DNA from: Anaeramoeba ignava BMAN
Lineage: Eukaryota > Protista > Anaeramoebae
NCBI GenBank assembly: GCA_028826165.1
Contig: JAPDFW010000078.1
Coordinates: forward strand, 62,001-126,000
Reading direction: 5' to 3'
DNA: 64,000 bases
How positions within the stretch are numbered: position 1 is the stretch's first letter; each line of letters opens with the position of its first letter. The notes beneath the pieces were generated by a model, which made no database searches, was not told the DNA's origin, and worked only from the letters and a program-made list of their open reading frames with translations. This document shows positions 25,852 to 39,389 of this stretch, in pieces. The translations under genes were made by a program, and so were the position numbers.

Positions 25852-26030
25852 TTTTTTTCTTTCCAATTTCTTTCCAATTTCTTTCCAATTTCTTTCCAAT
25901 TTTTTTCCAATTTTTTTTCTTTCCACTTTTTTTTCTTTCCACTTTTTTTTCTTTCCACTTTTTTTTCTTTTTGAAATTTGTTTTGGAACAATTAAAAAAT
26001 TGGAAAAAACAGTTTTCTTTCATTTTGAAA

Positions 26031-27460
26031 TTGATTTTGATTTAGAATTTGATTTTGATTTTGATTTATTTTGATTTTGATTTTGATTTTGTTTTAGATT
26101 TAGATTTTGATTTTGATTTTGATTTTGATTTTGATTTTGATTTTGATTTTGATTTTGATTTTGATTTATATTTAGATTTAGATTTTGATTTTGATTTAGA
26201 TTTAGAATTTGATTTATATTTTGATTTTGATTTTGATTTTGATTTTGATTTTGATTTATATTTTGATTTTGATTTTGATTTTGATTTTGATTTTGATTTA
26301 TATTTAGATTTATCTTTTTCTTTTTATTTATATTGGAACAATTTGGAAAAGATTTAGATTTTGATTTAGATTTAGATTTTGATTTTGATTTTGATTTTCT
26401 TTTTGATTTATATTTTGATTTAGATTTAGATTTTGATTTGATTTATATTTATATTTTGATTTAGATTTTGATTTAGATTTTGATTTTGATTTATATTTAT
26501 ATTTAGATTTATATTTAGATTTATATTTAGATTTTGATTTTGATTTAGATTTTGATTTAGATTTTGATTTTGATTTTGATTTAGATTTTGATTTTGATTT
26601 TGATTTATATTTTGATTTTGATTTAGATTTTGATTTTGATTTTGATTTTGATTTTGATTTAGATTTAGATTTAGATTTAGATTTATTATTTTTATTTTGA
26701 TTTTGATTTTGATTTAGATTTTGATTTTGATTTAGATTTAGATTTAGATTTAGATTTAGATTTATATTTTGATTTATATTTATATTTAGATTTTGATTTA
26801 TATTTAGATTTTGATTTTGATTTTGATTTTGATTTTGATTTTGATTTAGATTTTGATTTTGATTTTGATTTTGATTTTGATTTTGATTTTGATTTTCTTT
26901 TAAATTTAGATTTATATTTTGATTTATATTTAGATTTAGATTTAGATTTAGATTTAGATTTAGATTTAGATTTAGATTTAGATTTATATTTAGATTTAGA
27001 TTTTGATTTTGATTTTGATTTTGATTTTGATTTAGATTTAGATTTAGATTTTGATTTTGATTTTGATTTAGATTTTGATTTTGATTTTGATTTTGATTTT
27101 GATTTATATTTTGATTTATATTTTGATTTGATTTAGATTTATATTTAGATTTAGATTTATATTTTGATTTTGATTTTTGATTTTGATTTTGATTTTGATT
27201 TAGATTTATATTTTGATTTAGATTTATATTTTGATTTTGATTTTGATTTAGATTTTGATTTATATTTTGATTTATATTTAGATTTAGATTTTGATTTATA
27301 TTTTGATTTTTATTTTGATTTTGATTTAGATTTAGATTTAGATTTTGATTTTGATTTATATTTTGATTTTGATTTTGATTTTGATTTTGATTTTTATTTT
27401 GATTTTGATTTTGATTTTGATTTTGATTTTGATTTTGATTTTGATTTTGATTTTGATTTT
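26031..27460. repeat. Intergenic (GATTTT/GATTTA/TATTTA)n hexamer array, ~1.4 kb
   Basis: Visible hexamer run with the same strand and variants as 20091-20862. Confidence 0.95.
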
Positions 27461-27869
27461 CTTTTAAATTTAATAAGGAAAAAAATCGTTAAAAAAAAAA
27501 AGAAAAAAAAAATTTAAATTGTTTTAGATTTAAAAATTGGGAAATGTTTTTTTTTTCTTTGATTAAATGATTAAATAATTAAATTTTGAAATAAAAAGAG
27601 GAAAAAAAAATTTTTAAAAATAAAAAGAAGAAAAATTGGAATTTGTCCGTTACAAAAGAAAAAAAAAAAACGAATAACATGATTATAAAAGAATTACAAA
27701 AAAAATCGTTAGAATCATTTTTCTTTTCAGGTTTAAATTTAATTTATTATTTAATTTATTTAAATTTAAATTTATTTAATTTAATTTTAAAAAAAAAACA
27801 AAAAAATAGAATTTCTTTTCTTTCTTTTCTTTTTGATTATTTTTATAAATTATTAAATTAACGAATCAA

Positions 27870-29609
27870 ATGAATGTTTTAAGAAATCAACTCAACAGAC
27901 ACCTTAGTGAAATTGAAAATTATCAAGTTGGAATTAAATTAAAATCAACAAAATCAAATCCAATTTTAAATCAAAATCAAAATCAAAATCAAAATCAAAA
28001 ATTAAAACAAAATCGCACTAAAAGACCTTTTGCGAATGTTACAAATAATATTAACGTTCAACAATCAGAAAATATTGAAATTAAAAATCGAAAAATTTAT
28101 CAAAAAAAAACTGTAGATAAAATTAAATTGAAGCAGAACCCATTAAGTTCTATTCCTATTCCAACAGGTATTTAATCAAATATTTATAAATTAAATCAAA
28201 TTAAATCAAATCAAATATTAATAAATTAAATATTTATTTATAAATTAAATCTATTTATATATTAAATTAAATCAAAATTTAAATATTAAATTAAATATTT
28301 ATAAATTAAATTAAATTAAATCAAATATTTATATATTAAATCAAATATTTATATATTAAATTAAAAAATTCAAATCAAATTAAATTAAATATTTATATAT
28401 TAAATTAAATTAAATCAAATCAAAAATATTAAAAATTATATTAAATTAAATATTTATTTAAATTAAAATATAAATATTTATAAATTAAATTAAATTAAAT
28501 ATTTATATATTAAATTAAATATTTATATATTAAATTAAATTAAATTAAATCAAATATTTATATATTAAATCAAATATTTATAAATTAAATATTCAAAATT
28601 AAATTAAATCAAATCAAATATTTATATTAAATCAAATCAAATATTAAATTAAATCAAATTAAATATTTATATAAATTCAAAATTAAATTAAATCAAATTA
28701 AATATTTATATATTAAATTAAATTAAATATTTAGAAAATATTAATATGGAAATCTCTCCAGTAACAAAATTCACATTCCAACAACCTAAACCTCAATACA
28801 AAGATATTGACAAAGATTATAAAGATGATCCACAAATGGTATCTGAATATGCACCTGAGATCTTTGAGCATCTCAAAAACACAGAAACAGATTATGTTCC
28901 AAGCATTGATTACATGGAAAAAATACAAAAAAGCATAACACCGAAAATGAGGAAAATATTAGTTGATTGGTTAGTCGAAGTTTCACAAGAATACAAATTC
29001 CACAGCGAAACATTATATCTAGCAGTCAACTACGTTGATCGATTCTTAAGTAAATTCTCAGTATCAAAATCACAATTGCAACTATTGGGAGCAAGTTGTT
29101 TATTGATAGCTGCGAAATACGAAGAGATTTATCCACCTTCAGTCGATGATTTTGTTTATATTTCCATGAATACTTACACTCGCGACAACTTTCTTGTTTG
29201 CGAAACAAAAGTGTGCAATGCACTCAAATTTGATTTTACAGTTGTCACACCAAAACATTTTTTAAGAAGGTTTATTCGAGCCGGTGATTCAGATGTGATG
29301 ACAATGCTCATCTCAAATTATCTTTGTGAATTACAACTATTGGAATACTCTTTCCTCAAATATAAACCCTCAATAATTTCCGCTTCTGCTGTTGCTTTAT
29401 CAAGGGCAATTCTGCAAAAACGTGATATTTGGGATGAAACTCTTCAGCATTATACTGGTTTCCAATTTGATGATTTGGTCGATTGCATGAAAGATCTCTT
29501 AAATATTTATAAAAATGCCGATAAAAGCTCCTGCAAAGCTGTTTACGAGAAGTATTCCAATCCAAATCTCTGTTCAGTTTCTAAATTGAAATTACCTGAT
29601 AATCTTTAA
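27870..29609 (+). CDS. A-type cyclin, 2 exons (27870-28167, 28735-29609)
   Basis: Cyclin box MRKILVDWLVEVSQEYK..ETLYLAVNYVDRFLS..LQLLG..IAAKYEEIYPP (LVEV is typical of A-type). D-box-like KRPFANVTN in exon 1. The phase-1 GT-AG intron keeps frame. Confidence 0.92.
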
Positions 29610-29812
29610 TTTTCATATTTTTTTTTTTCTATTTTCTTTTTCTTTTGAGTTTTTTCACAAATCACTTCTTTTTGTTGTGTATTTGAGTTTTTTTTTTTCT
29701 TTTCTTTTTTTAAAAAATCAGTCTCTTTTTCAATTCAAATATAAACTTTTCAAATTAATTTTGATTAAAATTTCTTGATCTTTTTATTTTTTAAATTTTT
29801 TTTTTTAAAATT

Positions 29813-32800
29813 TTAATTTAGAAATAAATCCAAAATTGAATTTTGATTTAATTGATAATAATCTTTTAAATCAACAAATTCCTCAATATTTTCATTTGTT
29901 ATTTTTGTTTCATCAAATTTATCATGATAAAGAAAATAAATAAATTGATTCAATGTTTCAAATGATTTTCTTGAATAATCATGAACTTGATTAGAAGAGT
30001 CTTGAACATTTAAAAACATTCCTCTAAATAAATCACTTCTTATGAGTAAAATTAATTTATGAACCTTGATTTCTTTTTCTTCAACAATTATTGTGAAATC
30101 TTTAGTTTCGTTTTGTTGATATAATTTGTGGAAATCTTCAATTAATCCTTTTCTTCCTTTTTTTGATTCAATCCAATTTGGATCAAATCCAATTTCGTTG
30201 AAAAAATTTTCGGCTTGCTTTTTTTCTTCTTGTTCAATCAATTCTTGATGTTGATATTCTTCTTCATTAAGAATTTGTTGAATTTTTTGAAAATCAATAA
30301 ATCCAGTGTAAATGAAATTTAAAATTAGTTCAACATCTCTTTTGGGTTTTTTTAAACAAAGATTGATAAATTTTTGTAAAATGGAATACTGATTGCCGAA
30401 TCTTGCCAGCAAAATCAATTTGTGAACATGGAATTTCGCGGAATCTTTGCAAATGATTTGGAGATCAGAAAAATTCTCATTTGAAGTGAGTAATTTATTT
30501 AAATCCTCGTTAATTGAATGAACCTTTGAAAAAATTTGGACGAATTGCTTTCTTTTAAGAAATTCTTCTTCAAGCCCAACAAAATCAGCGTCATGAACCA
30601 ACAAAATTTGGATTGCTTTTGGATTTTCATATTGAATTGCCAATGAAAGAGGAGATTGATTTCTTTGTGTTTTTGAGTTGACATCAAATCCCTGTTGAAT
30701 AAAATAGTTGAGGATTTCGATGGAATTATTATGACAAGCAAAATGGAGCATGGATTCATTATTAGTTGTTACTGCGTGGATATCTGCACGCATTTGGATC
30801 AGATATTGAACCGCTTGATTTGTGTTATATTGACAAGCCAAATGCAAAGGTGTTTGGTCGTAGTTTGATTTGGATTCAATATCGGCTCCATTCTCAATTA
30901 AATACTGAATAACTTCAAACGAGTTATACTGGCAAGCCAAATGCAAAGGTGTTTTGTTGTCAGTTGATCTTATATTGATATCGACTCCGTTTGAAACTAA
31001 ATATTGGACAATTTCAAACGAATTTGATTGGCAAGCGAAATGCAATCCATTTTCTTTTTGGTCTGTTTTGGCATGAATATCAACTCCTTTTGAAGCCAAG
31101 AATTTGAGGACTTCAAGCGAATTGTATTGACACGCAAAATGGAAAACAGACTTATTTTGTCTGGCTTTTTTGTTGAGATCCAACCCTTTGCAAAGTAGAT
31201 ACTTGATGACTTCCACTCCGTTATATTGGCAAGCAAAATGCAATACGTTTTCATTGTAATATGTTGTTTCGTTGAGATTTGCACCCTTTTTAACCAAATA
31301 TTTGATCACTTTGAGCGGCTTGTTTTTGCAAACAAAATGCAAAGGTGTTTTATAATCATAATTTGTTTTGGCTTCAATATCCGCTCCATTTTCAACCAAG
31401 TATCTAATAACTTCAAAGGTATTAAATTGGCAAGCCAAATGCAAAGGTGTTTCTTCTTCGTATTTGGTTTTCTCGTTGATGTCCATTCCTAATGAAACCA
31501 AATACTTGATGACTTCAAGTGAGTTGAATTGAGATGCAATATGCAAAATTGTTTGATGTTGATCCTTTGTTTTTGAGTTGATTTCGGCTCCCTTTTCCAC
31601 CAAATATTTGATCACTTCAAGCGAATTGAATTGGCAAGCCGAGTGCAAAACTGACTCCTTCCAATTTGTTGTGGAATTGATGTCAATTCCTTTTGAAAGC
31701 AAGTAATCAATCACTTCCACTGTGCTCCATTCACAAGCAAAATGAAGGGTTGTTTCATTTGATTTTGTCTTGGCAAAAACATCGGCTCCATTTTCAATCA
31801 AATACTGGATAGGCTCAACCGTAAAATTGTTTTCACAAGCGAAATGCATGACTGTTTCATCTCTTTTGGTTTTTGTATGAATATCTGCTCCATTTTCAAC
31901 CAAATATTGAATAACATCAAAAGAATTCATTTGACAAGCAAAATGCAACGATGTTTCGTTCTGATTTGTTCGCAAATTGATGCTAAGTCCCTTTGAAATC
32001 AGGTATTGAATAACCTCAATCGAATTATATTGGCATGCGAAATGCAATGCTGATTTGTTTTGGTTTGATTTGGCATTAAGATCAAGTCCCTTTGAAACTA
32101 AATATTCAATCACTTCGATCGAATTTGATTTGCATGCGAAATGCAGAATTGTTTCATTTTGCTTTGTTTTCGCATTGATATCGGCTCCATTTTCAATTAA
32201 ATACTCAATAGCTTCAAGTGAATTTGATTGGCAAGCAACATGTATTTCTGTTTCATGATCATACTTGCCTTTTAAATTCATAATAATCCCTTTTTTCACC
32301 AAATACTTGATCACTTCAAATGTATTGTAATTGCAAGCCATATACAAAGCTGTTTCATTCTGACTCGTTTTCGCATTGATATCAACTCCTTTTTCAACTA
32401 AATACTCGATTACATCAAGCGAATTGTTGTATCGACAAGCAGAATATACTACTGTCGCATTTCGTGATGTTTTTGCATTGATATCAACTCCTTTTTCAAC
32501 TAAATATCGAATAACTTCAAGTGAATTTGTTTGGCTAGCCAAATGCAAAACTGTTTCATTTTCAGTTGTTTTTTCATGAATATCAAATCCTTTTTTTCTC
32601 AACTAAATATTGAATAACTTCAAGTGAATTTGATTTGCAAGCAAAATGCAAAACTGTTTCATCATAAATTGTTTTTGCATTGATATCAACTCCTTTTTCA
32701 ACTAAATATTCAATAACTTCAAGTGAATTTGATTGACAAGCAAAATTCAAAACTGTTTTATTTTCAGTTGTTTTTTCATGAATATCAAATCCTTTTTTCT

Positions 32801-35369
32801 CAACTAAATATTGAATAACTTCAAGTGAATTTGATTTGCAAGCAAAATGCAAAACTGTTTCATCATAAATTGTTTTTGCATTGATATCAACTCCTTTTTC
32901 AATTAAATATTCAATAACTTCAAGTGAATTTGATTCGCAAACAAAATGTAAAGCATTTTCTTGTTGATCTGTTTTTGCATTGATATCAACCTCTTTTTCT
33001 TCAACTAAATATTGGATAATTTCAAATGAATTTGATTGGCAAGCAAAATGCAATGTTGACATGTTTTGATCTGTTTTTGCATGTATATCAACTTTTTCAA
33101 CTAAATATTGAATAACTTCAAGTGAATTTGATTCGCATGCAAAATGCAAGGTATTTTGTCTTTGATTTGTTTTTGCATGAATATCAATATCTTTTTCTTC
33201 GATTAAATATTCAATAATTTCAATAGAATTTTTTCTAGAAGCATAATGTAAAACATTTTCATTTTGTTTTGTTTTTGCATGAGTATCGATATCTTTTTCT
33301 TCGATTAAATATTGAATAACTTCAATAGAATTTTTTTTACAAGCATAATGTAAAACATTTTCATTTTGTTTAGTTTTTGCATGAATATCAATTCCTTTTG
33401 AAATTAAATATTCAATAACTTCAATAGAATTTTTTTTACAAGCATAATGTAAAACATTTCCATTTTGTTTAGTTTTTGAATTAATATCAATTCCTTTTGA
33501 AATTAAATATTCAATAACTTGAATAGAATTTGATTTACAAGCATAATGTAAAACATTTTCATTTTGTTTTGTTTTTGAATTAATATCAATTCCTTTTGAA
33601 ATTAAATATTCAATAACTTGAATAGAATTTGATTTACAAGCATAATGTAAAACATTTTCATTTTGTTTTGTTTTTGAATTAATATTAATTCCTTTTGAAA
33701 TTAAATATTCAATAATTTGAATAGAATTTGATTTACAAGCATAATGTAAAACATTTTCATTTTGTTTAGTTTTTGAATTAATATCAATTCCTTTTGAATT
33801 TGATTTAGAAGCATAATGTAAAACATTTTCATTTTGTTTTGTTTTTGAATTAATATCAATTCCTTTTGAAATTAAATATTCAATAACTTGAATAGAATTT
33901 GATTTAGAAGCATAATGTAAAACATTTTCATTTTGTTTTGTTTTTGAAATTAAATATTCAATAACTTGAATTTTGATTTACAAGCATAATGTAAAACATT
34001 TTCATTTTGTTTTGTTTTTGAATTAATATCAATTCCTTTTGAAATTAAATATTCAATAATTTGAATAGAATTTGATTTACAAGCATAATGTAAAACATTT
34101 TCATTTTGTTTAGTTTTTGAATTAATATCAATTCCTTTTGAAATTAAATATTCAATAACTTCAATAGAATTTGATTTAGAAGCATAATGTAAAACATTTT
34201 CATTTTGTTTTGTTTTTGAATTAATATTAATTCCTTTTGAAATTAAATATTCAATAATTTGAATAGAATTTGATTTACAAGCATAATGTAAAACATTTTC
34301 ATTTTGTTTAGTTTTTGAATTAATATCAATTCCTTTTGAAATTAAATATTTAATAACTTCAATAGAATTTGATTTACAAGCATAATGTAAAACATTTTCA
34401 TTTTGTTTTGTTTTTGAATTAATATCAATTCCTTTTGAAATTAAATATTCAATAACTTCAATAGAATTTGATTTACAAGCATAATGTAAAACATTTTCAT
34501 TTTGTTTAGTTTTTGAATTAATATCAATTCCTTTTGAAATTAAATATTTGATAATTTTAGAAGCATAATGTAAAAACATTTTCATTTTGTTTAGTTTTTG
34601 AATTAATATCAATTCCTTTTGAAATTAAATATTCAATAACTTCAATAGAATTTGATTTACAAGCATAATGTAAAACATTTTCATTTTGTTTTGTTTTTGA
34701 ATTAATATTAATTCCTTTTGAAATTAAATATTTGATAACTTCAATAGAATTTGATTTACAAGCATAATGTAAAACATTTTCATTTTGTTTAGTTTTTGAA
34801 TTAATATCAATTCCTTTTGAAATTAAATATTTAATAACTTCAATAGAATTTTTTTTACAAGCATAATGTAAAGCATTTTCATTTTGTTTTGTTTTTGAAT
34901 TAATATCAATTCCTTTTGAAATTAAATATTCAATAACTTCAATAGAATTTGATTTACAAGCATAATGTAAAGCATTTTCATTTTGTTTTGTTTTTGAATT
35001 AATATCAATTCCTTTTGAAATTAAATATTCAATAATTTGAATAGAATTTGATTTACAAGCATAATGTAAAACATTTTCATTTTGTTTTGTTTTTGAATTA
35101 ATATCAATTCCTTTTGAAATTAAATATTCAATAACTTCAATAGAATTTGATTTAGAAGCATAATGTAAAACATTTTCATTTTGTTTTGTTTTTGAATTAA
35201 TATTAATTCCTTTTGAAATTAAATATTCAATAACTTCAATAGGTGATTGATTTTTTATTGCAAAATTTAATAATGATTTTCCATTTTTTTTAAATTCATT
35301 TTTAGAAATAGAATTAACTTTATAAATTAATTGAAAATCTTTTTGTTTTATTAATTGCCAAATATCCAT
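29813..35369 (-). CDS. Giant ankyrin-repeat (roughly 45-48 repeats) plus tandem BTB/POZ protein, broken by several indels
   Basis: The 99-nt ankyrin repeats (xxLHxACxxNSxEVIxYLxxKGxDINxK) run continuously across ORFs 35369-34557, 34612-33950, 33149-32583 and 32602-29813. C-terminal BTB motifs FSDLQI..HVHKLILLAR and KDFTI..KVHKLILLIRSDLFRGMF. Confidence 0.8.
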
Positions 35370-35529
35370 TTTTTTAATTTAAAAAAAAAAGAAAAAGAAA
35401 AAAATGAAAAAAAAAAATTTAATTGTTATTAATTTTTTGAGATAAACAAGTAATTCAAAAATTTTTTTTTAAATTAAATTTTTTTCATTTTTTTCATTTT
35501 CATTTTTTTCCTTTTTTTTTCATTTTTAA
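35370..35529. promoter_or_regulatory. Short bidirectional promoter (ankyrin-BTB / RAD6) with TTTCATTTT initiator-like motifs on both strands
   Basis: 160 bp between divergent ATGs. AAAATGAAAA at ~35401 (minus-strand motif) and four TTTCATTT copies at ~35481-35526. Confidence 0.5.
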
Positions 35530-37426
35530 ATGTTATCAACACAAAATCCAGCCAAAAAAAGATTATTAAGAGATTTTAAAAAATTACAAGATGATCCGCC
35601 AACAGGAGTTTGTGGAACTCCAGAATCTGATAATATTATGAAGTGGTCGGCTGTTATTTTTGGACCTCAAGATACTGTTTGGGATGGTGGTATTTTTAAA
35701 TTGACTTTTGATTTTTCTGAAGATTATCCAAATAAACCTCCTGTTGTTAAATTTCTTTCTAAAATGTTTCATCCAAACAGTATTTTACATCAACTTTAAT
35801 TTCAATTTTATAAATGAATTTTAATTTTAATTTTAATTTTAATTTTATAAATGAATTTTAATTTTAATTTTAATTTTAATTTTAATTTCAATTTTATAAA
35901 TTAATTTTAATTTTAATTTTAATTTTGATTTTAATTTTAATTTTAATTTTAATTTTAATTTTAATTTTAATTTTAATTTTAATTTTAATTTTAATTTTAA
36001 TTTTAATTTTAATTTTAATTTTAATTTTAATTTTAATTTTATAAATGAATTTAATTTTAATTTTTAATTTTTAATTTTAATTTTAATTTTAATTTTAATT
36101 TTAATTTTAATTTTAATTTTAATTTTAATTTTAATTTTAATTTTAATTTTAATTTTTTAATTTTAATTTTTGATTTTAATTTTATTTTAATTTTAATTTT
36201 AATTTTAATTTTAATTTTAATTTTATAAATGAATTTTAATTTAATTTTAATTTTAATTTTTAATTTTAATTTTAATTTTATAAATGAATTTTAATTTTAT
36301 AAATGAATTTTTAATTTAATTTTTATAAATGAATTTTTAATTTTTAATTTTAATTTTTATTTTATTAATTTTAATTTTATTTTAATTTTAATTTTAATTT
36401 TAATTTTTTTTTAATTTTAATTTTAATTTTTAATTTTAATTTTAAATGAATTTTAATTTAATTTTATAAATGAATTTTAATTTTAATTTTATAAATTTTA
36501 ATTTAATTTTTATAAATGAATTTAATTTTAATTTTAATTTTAAATTTTAATTTTAATTTTAATTTTTAATTTTAATTTTAATTTTAATTTTAATTTTAAA
36601 TTTTAATTTTTAATTTTAATTTTAATTTTAATTTTATAAATTTTAATTTTAATTTTATTTTAATTTTAATTTTATAAATGAATTTAATTTTTAATTTTAA
36701 TTTTAATTTTAATTTTAATTTAATTTTTAATTTTAATTTTAATTTTAATTTTAATTTTAATTTTAATTTTAATTTTAATTTTAATTTTAATTTTAATTTT
36801 AATTTTAATTTTAATTTTAATTTTAATTTTAATTTTAATTTTAATTTTAAATTTATAAATGAATTTTAATTTTAATTTTAATTTTAATTTTGATTTTAAT
36901 TTTAATTTTATATTTAATTTTAATTTTAATTTTAATTTTATAAATGAATTTTAATTTTAATTTTAATTTTAATTTTAATTTTAATTTTAATTTTAATTTT
37001 AATTTTAATTTTAATTTTAATTTTAATTTTAATTTTATAAATGAATTTTAATTTAATTTTATAAATGAATTTTAATTTTATAAATGAATTTTAATTTAAT
37101 TTTATAAATGAATTTTAATTTAGTTTATAATGATGGATCAATTTGTTTAGATATTCTTCAAAGTCAATGGAGTCCAATTTATGATGTTGCAGCAATTTTA
37201 ACATCAATTCAAGTAAAAAAAAACAATTTCGGAAAAAAAATTTTTAATTTAAAATTAATTAATTAAAAAAAAACATTTCAATTTTCTTTTTTTAAAAAAG
37301 TCTTTATTATGTGATCCAAATCCAAATTCACCAGCAAATGGAGAAGCTGCAAGACTTTATGAACAAAATAAAAGAGAATATAATAAAAGAGTTCGAGATA
37401 TTGTTGAACTAAGTTGGAATGATTAA
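35530..37426 (+). CDS. RAD6: Ubiquitin-conjugating enzyme E2 Rad6/UBE2A-B, 3 exons (35530-35779, 37124-37212, 37301-37426)
   Basis: [68 protein letters not shown]; canonical GT-AG introns. Confidence 0.95.
35795..37120. repeat. (TTTTAA)n microsatellite with recurring TATAAATGAA units, forming the 1344-nt RAD6 intron 1
   Basis: Visible repeat between the GT at 35780 and the AG at 37123. Confidence 0.92.
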
Positions 37427-37647
37427 TAATAATAAAAATAATAAATTTTAAAAAGAAAATGAAACAAAAAAAAAGGAAAAAGTTTTTTTTTTTTTTTTTT
37501 GCTTTATTTTTTTTTTAAAAACAAAAGAAATAAAAAGAAACAGAAAATAATTAACGTTAAATAAGAAACGTTAAAAAATATTTTTTAATTTTTTTTAATT
37601 TTTTTAATTTTTTTAATTTTCATTTTTTTCTTATTTTTGTTTTTAAC

Positions 37648-38244
37648 ATGATTTCACTTGAATTGTTTACATTTTGGTTTTTATTCATAGAAACAACAAT
37701 ATTATTAATTCATCTCTTTCGCAAATTCCCAGGATATTTTGGAGCTTTATTAACAATAACAAGTTTTTTTTTTCCTTATTTTGAATATGAACACAAAACC
37801 TTTTACATAAAATATTTTTTCAAAGCTTTTCAATTTCGAGATATAAATAAACAATTTAACGAAGCACTCAACACATGCTTTGCATTTCCAGCAATTTCAT
37901 CAATTATTTCTTCTTCCATTCACGGTTCATTTTGTCTTATTCAAAAAACAATTCAAATTTTAACTGACATTTTGCAAATGGATTTTATAATGATTGATTT
38001 CAAGTTGAAATCTTCTTTAATTTTGTTTCTCAGTTTTTATCTTTTAATTACCGGTTTAATTATCTATTTTCATGGAATAAGATTTGTTGGTTCAATTATT
38101 ATTTTCGGTTTTTATTTCATTTTTATCATCTATTTGGCTTTTAATGGTTTTGCTCCTAAACCTAATGTTGGTTTATTACTTGGTTTGATTGGAAGTTTTT
38201 TGACAATTCAAAGAGAATTTTTCCAAAATTTTTATCAAAAATGA
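37648..38244 (+). CDS. Hypothetical multi-pass membrane protein (198 aa)
   Basis: Non-repetitive ORF with several hydrophobic segments and an upstream TTTCATTTT motif. No family recognised. Confidence 0.7.
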   Translation: MISLELFTFWFLFIETTILLIHLFRKFPGYFGALLTITSFFFPYFEYEHKTFYIKYFFKAFQFRDINKQFNEALNTCFAFPAISSIISSSIHGSFCLIQKTIQILTDILQMDFIMIDFKLKSSLILFLSFYLLITGLIIYFHGIRFVGSIIIFGFYFIFIIYLAFNGFAPKPNVGLLLGLIGSFLTIQREFFQNFYQK

Positions 38245-38413
38245 AATTTTTTTTTTTAAATTTTTTTTTTGAATTCTTTTTGTTTTTTTTTTTTTTTGGA
38301 CTTTTCTTTCTAAACAAAATTTGACATTCCTCTTTTTTTTTTAAACAAATTTTTTGAAACAAATTTTTATTTTTTCATTTTTTTAAAATTTCATTTTTTT
38401 TAATTTATAAAAA

Positions 38414-39304
38414 ATGGAAAAAGTTTTTTGTCCTGTTTGTAAATTAAATTTATCTCATTTAAGTGATATTGCAAGAGAAGATCATATTGAAATTTGTTTA
38501 GAAAATGAAAATAATGAAAATAATGAAAATAATGAAAATAATGAAAATAATGAAAATAATAATTTAGAAAATACAAATAAAACAAGAAAAGAAAATTTAT
38601 CAAAAGAATTAAAAGAAGAATTAAAAGAAGAATTAAAAAAAGAATTAAAAGAAGAATTAAAAAATGATTTAAAAAACGATTTGAGAAAAGAATTTAATGA
38701 ATATTTTGGAAATTGGGAAAAAAACTTTAGAAAAGAAATGAATATTGAAAAATCAAAAAATTTACAAACAAAATTACTTACTTTTTCAGCAAATCAAGAA
38801 ATAAATGAAAAACAAAAATTATTAAATGAATTAATCAAGAAAAAAGAACAAATTTCAAATCAATTTGAAAAATTAAAAACAGAAATTTTACAAGAAATTG
38901 AAGAAATCAAAAAAAAATTTCCAAATTCAAATCATTTATTTACATTTAATATTGATACAAAAATTGAAATTTTGGAAAATCAAAATTTAAAAGAAAATCA
39001 AAATCAAAATCAAAATCAAAATCAAAATTTAAATCAAGAAAAGAAAAAGAGAAAAACATCTAAAACTTTACCAAAAGATCAAAAAAAAATCCAAAAAATT
39101 AATCAAATTATTCAATTTATTAAAAATTCTCAAATTTATGAAAAAATTCTTCAATTTAAATCAATTTCAATTGATGAATTATTAAGTGATTTAAAAATTA
39201 ATAAAATTTCTTGTAGTAAAAAATTATTAATTGAAATACTTGATGAACAAAGTATTGCTTATTCTGATTCAAAAAAAAAAGTAAAAAATAAATTAAAAAA
39301 ATAA
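38414..39304 (+). CDS. SLX4: Compact SLX4-like protein: N-terminal UBZ4 zinc finger, coiled coil, C-terminal SLX1-binding (CCD) domain
   Basis: FCPVCKLNLSHLSDIAREDHIEICLE fits the SLX4/SNM1A UBZ4 pattern (CxxC..L....RE.H...CL). The C-terminal FIKNSQIYEKILQFKSISIDELLSDLKINKISCSKKLLIEILDEQSIAY fits the Slx4 CCD pattern. Confidence 0.75.
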   Translation: MEKVFCPVCKLNLSHLSDIAREDHIEICLENENNENNENNENNENNENNNLENTNKTRKENLSKELKEELKEELKKELKEELKNDLKNDLRKEFNEYFGNWEKNFRKEMNIEKSKNLQTKLLTFSANQEINEKQKLLNELIKKKEQISNQFEKLKTEILQEIEEIKKKFPNSNHLFTFNIDTKIEILENQNLKENQNQNQNQNQNLNQEKKKRKTSKTLPKDQKKIQKINQIIQFIKNSQIYEKILQFKSISIDELLSDLKINKISCSKKLLIEILDEQSIAYSDSKKKVKNKLKK

Positions 39305-39389
39305 AAAATATAATTTTTTTGTTTTGTTTTTAACAGAAAAAATTAACTATGATTTATTTTTTTTTTATTTTTATTATTATTTATAAATT

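Noticed and set aside
20091-27460. Interstitial telomeric repeats
   Set aside because: The units lack a GG/GGG run, and the same hexamer occurs in introns and NQ-coding tracts throughout the window.
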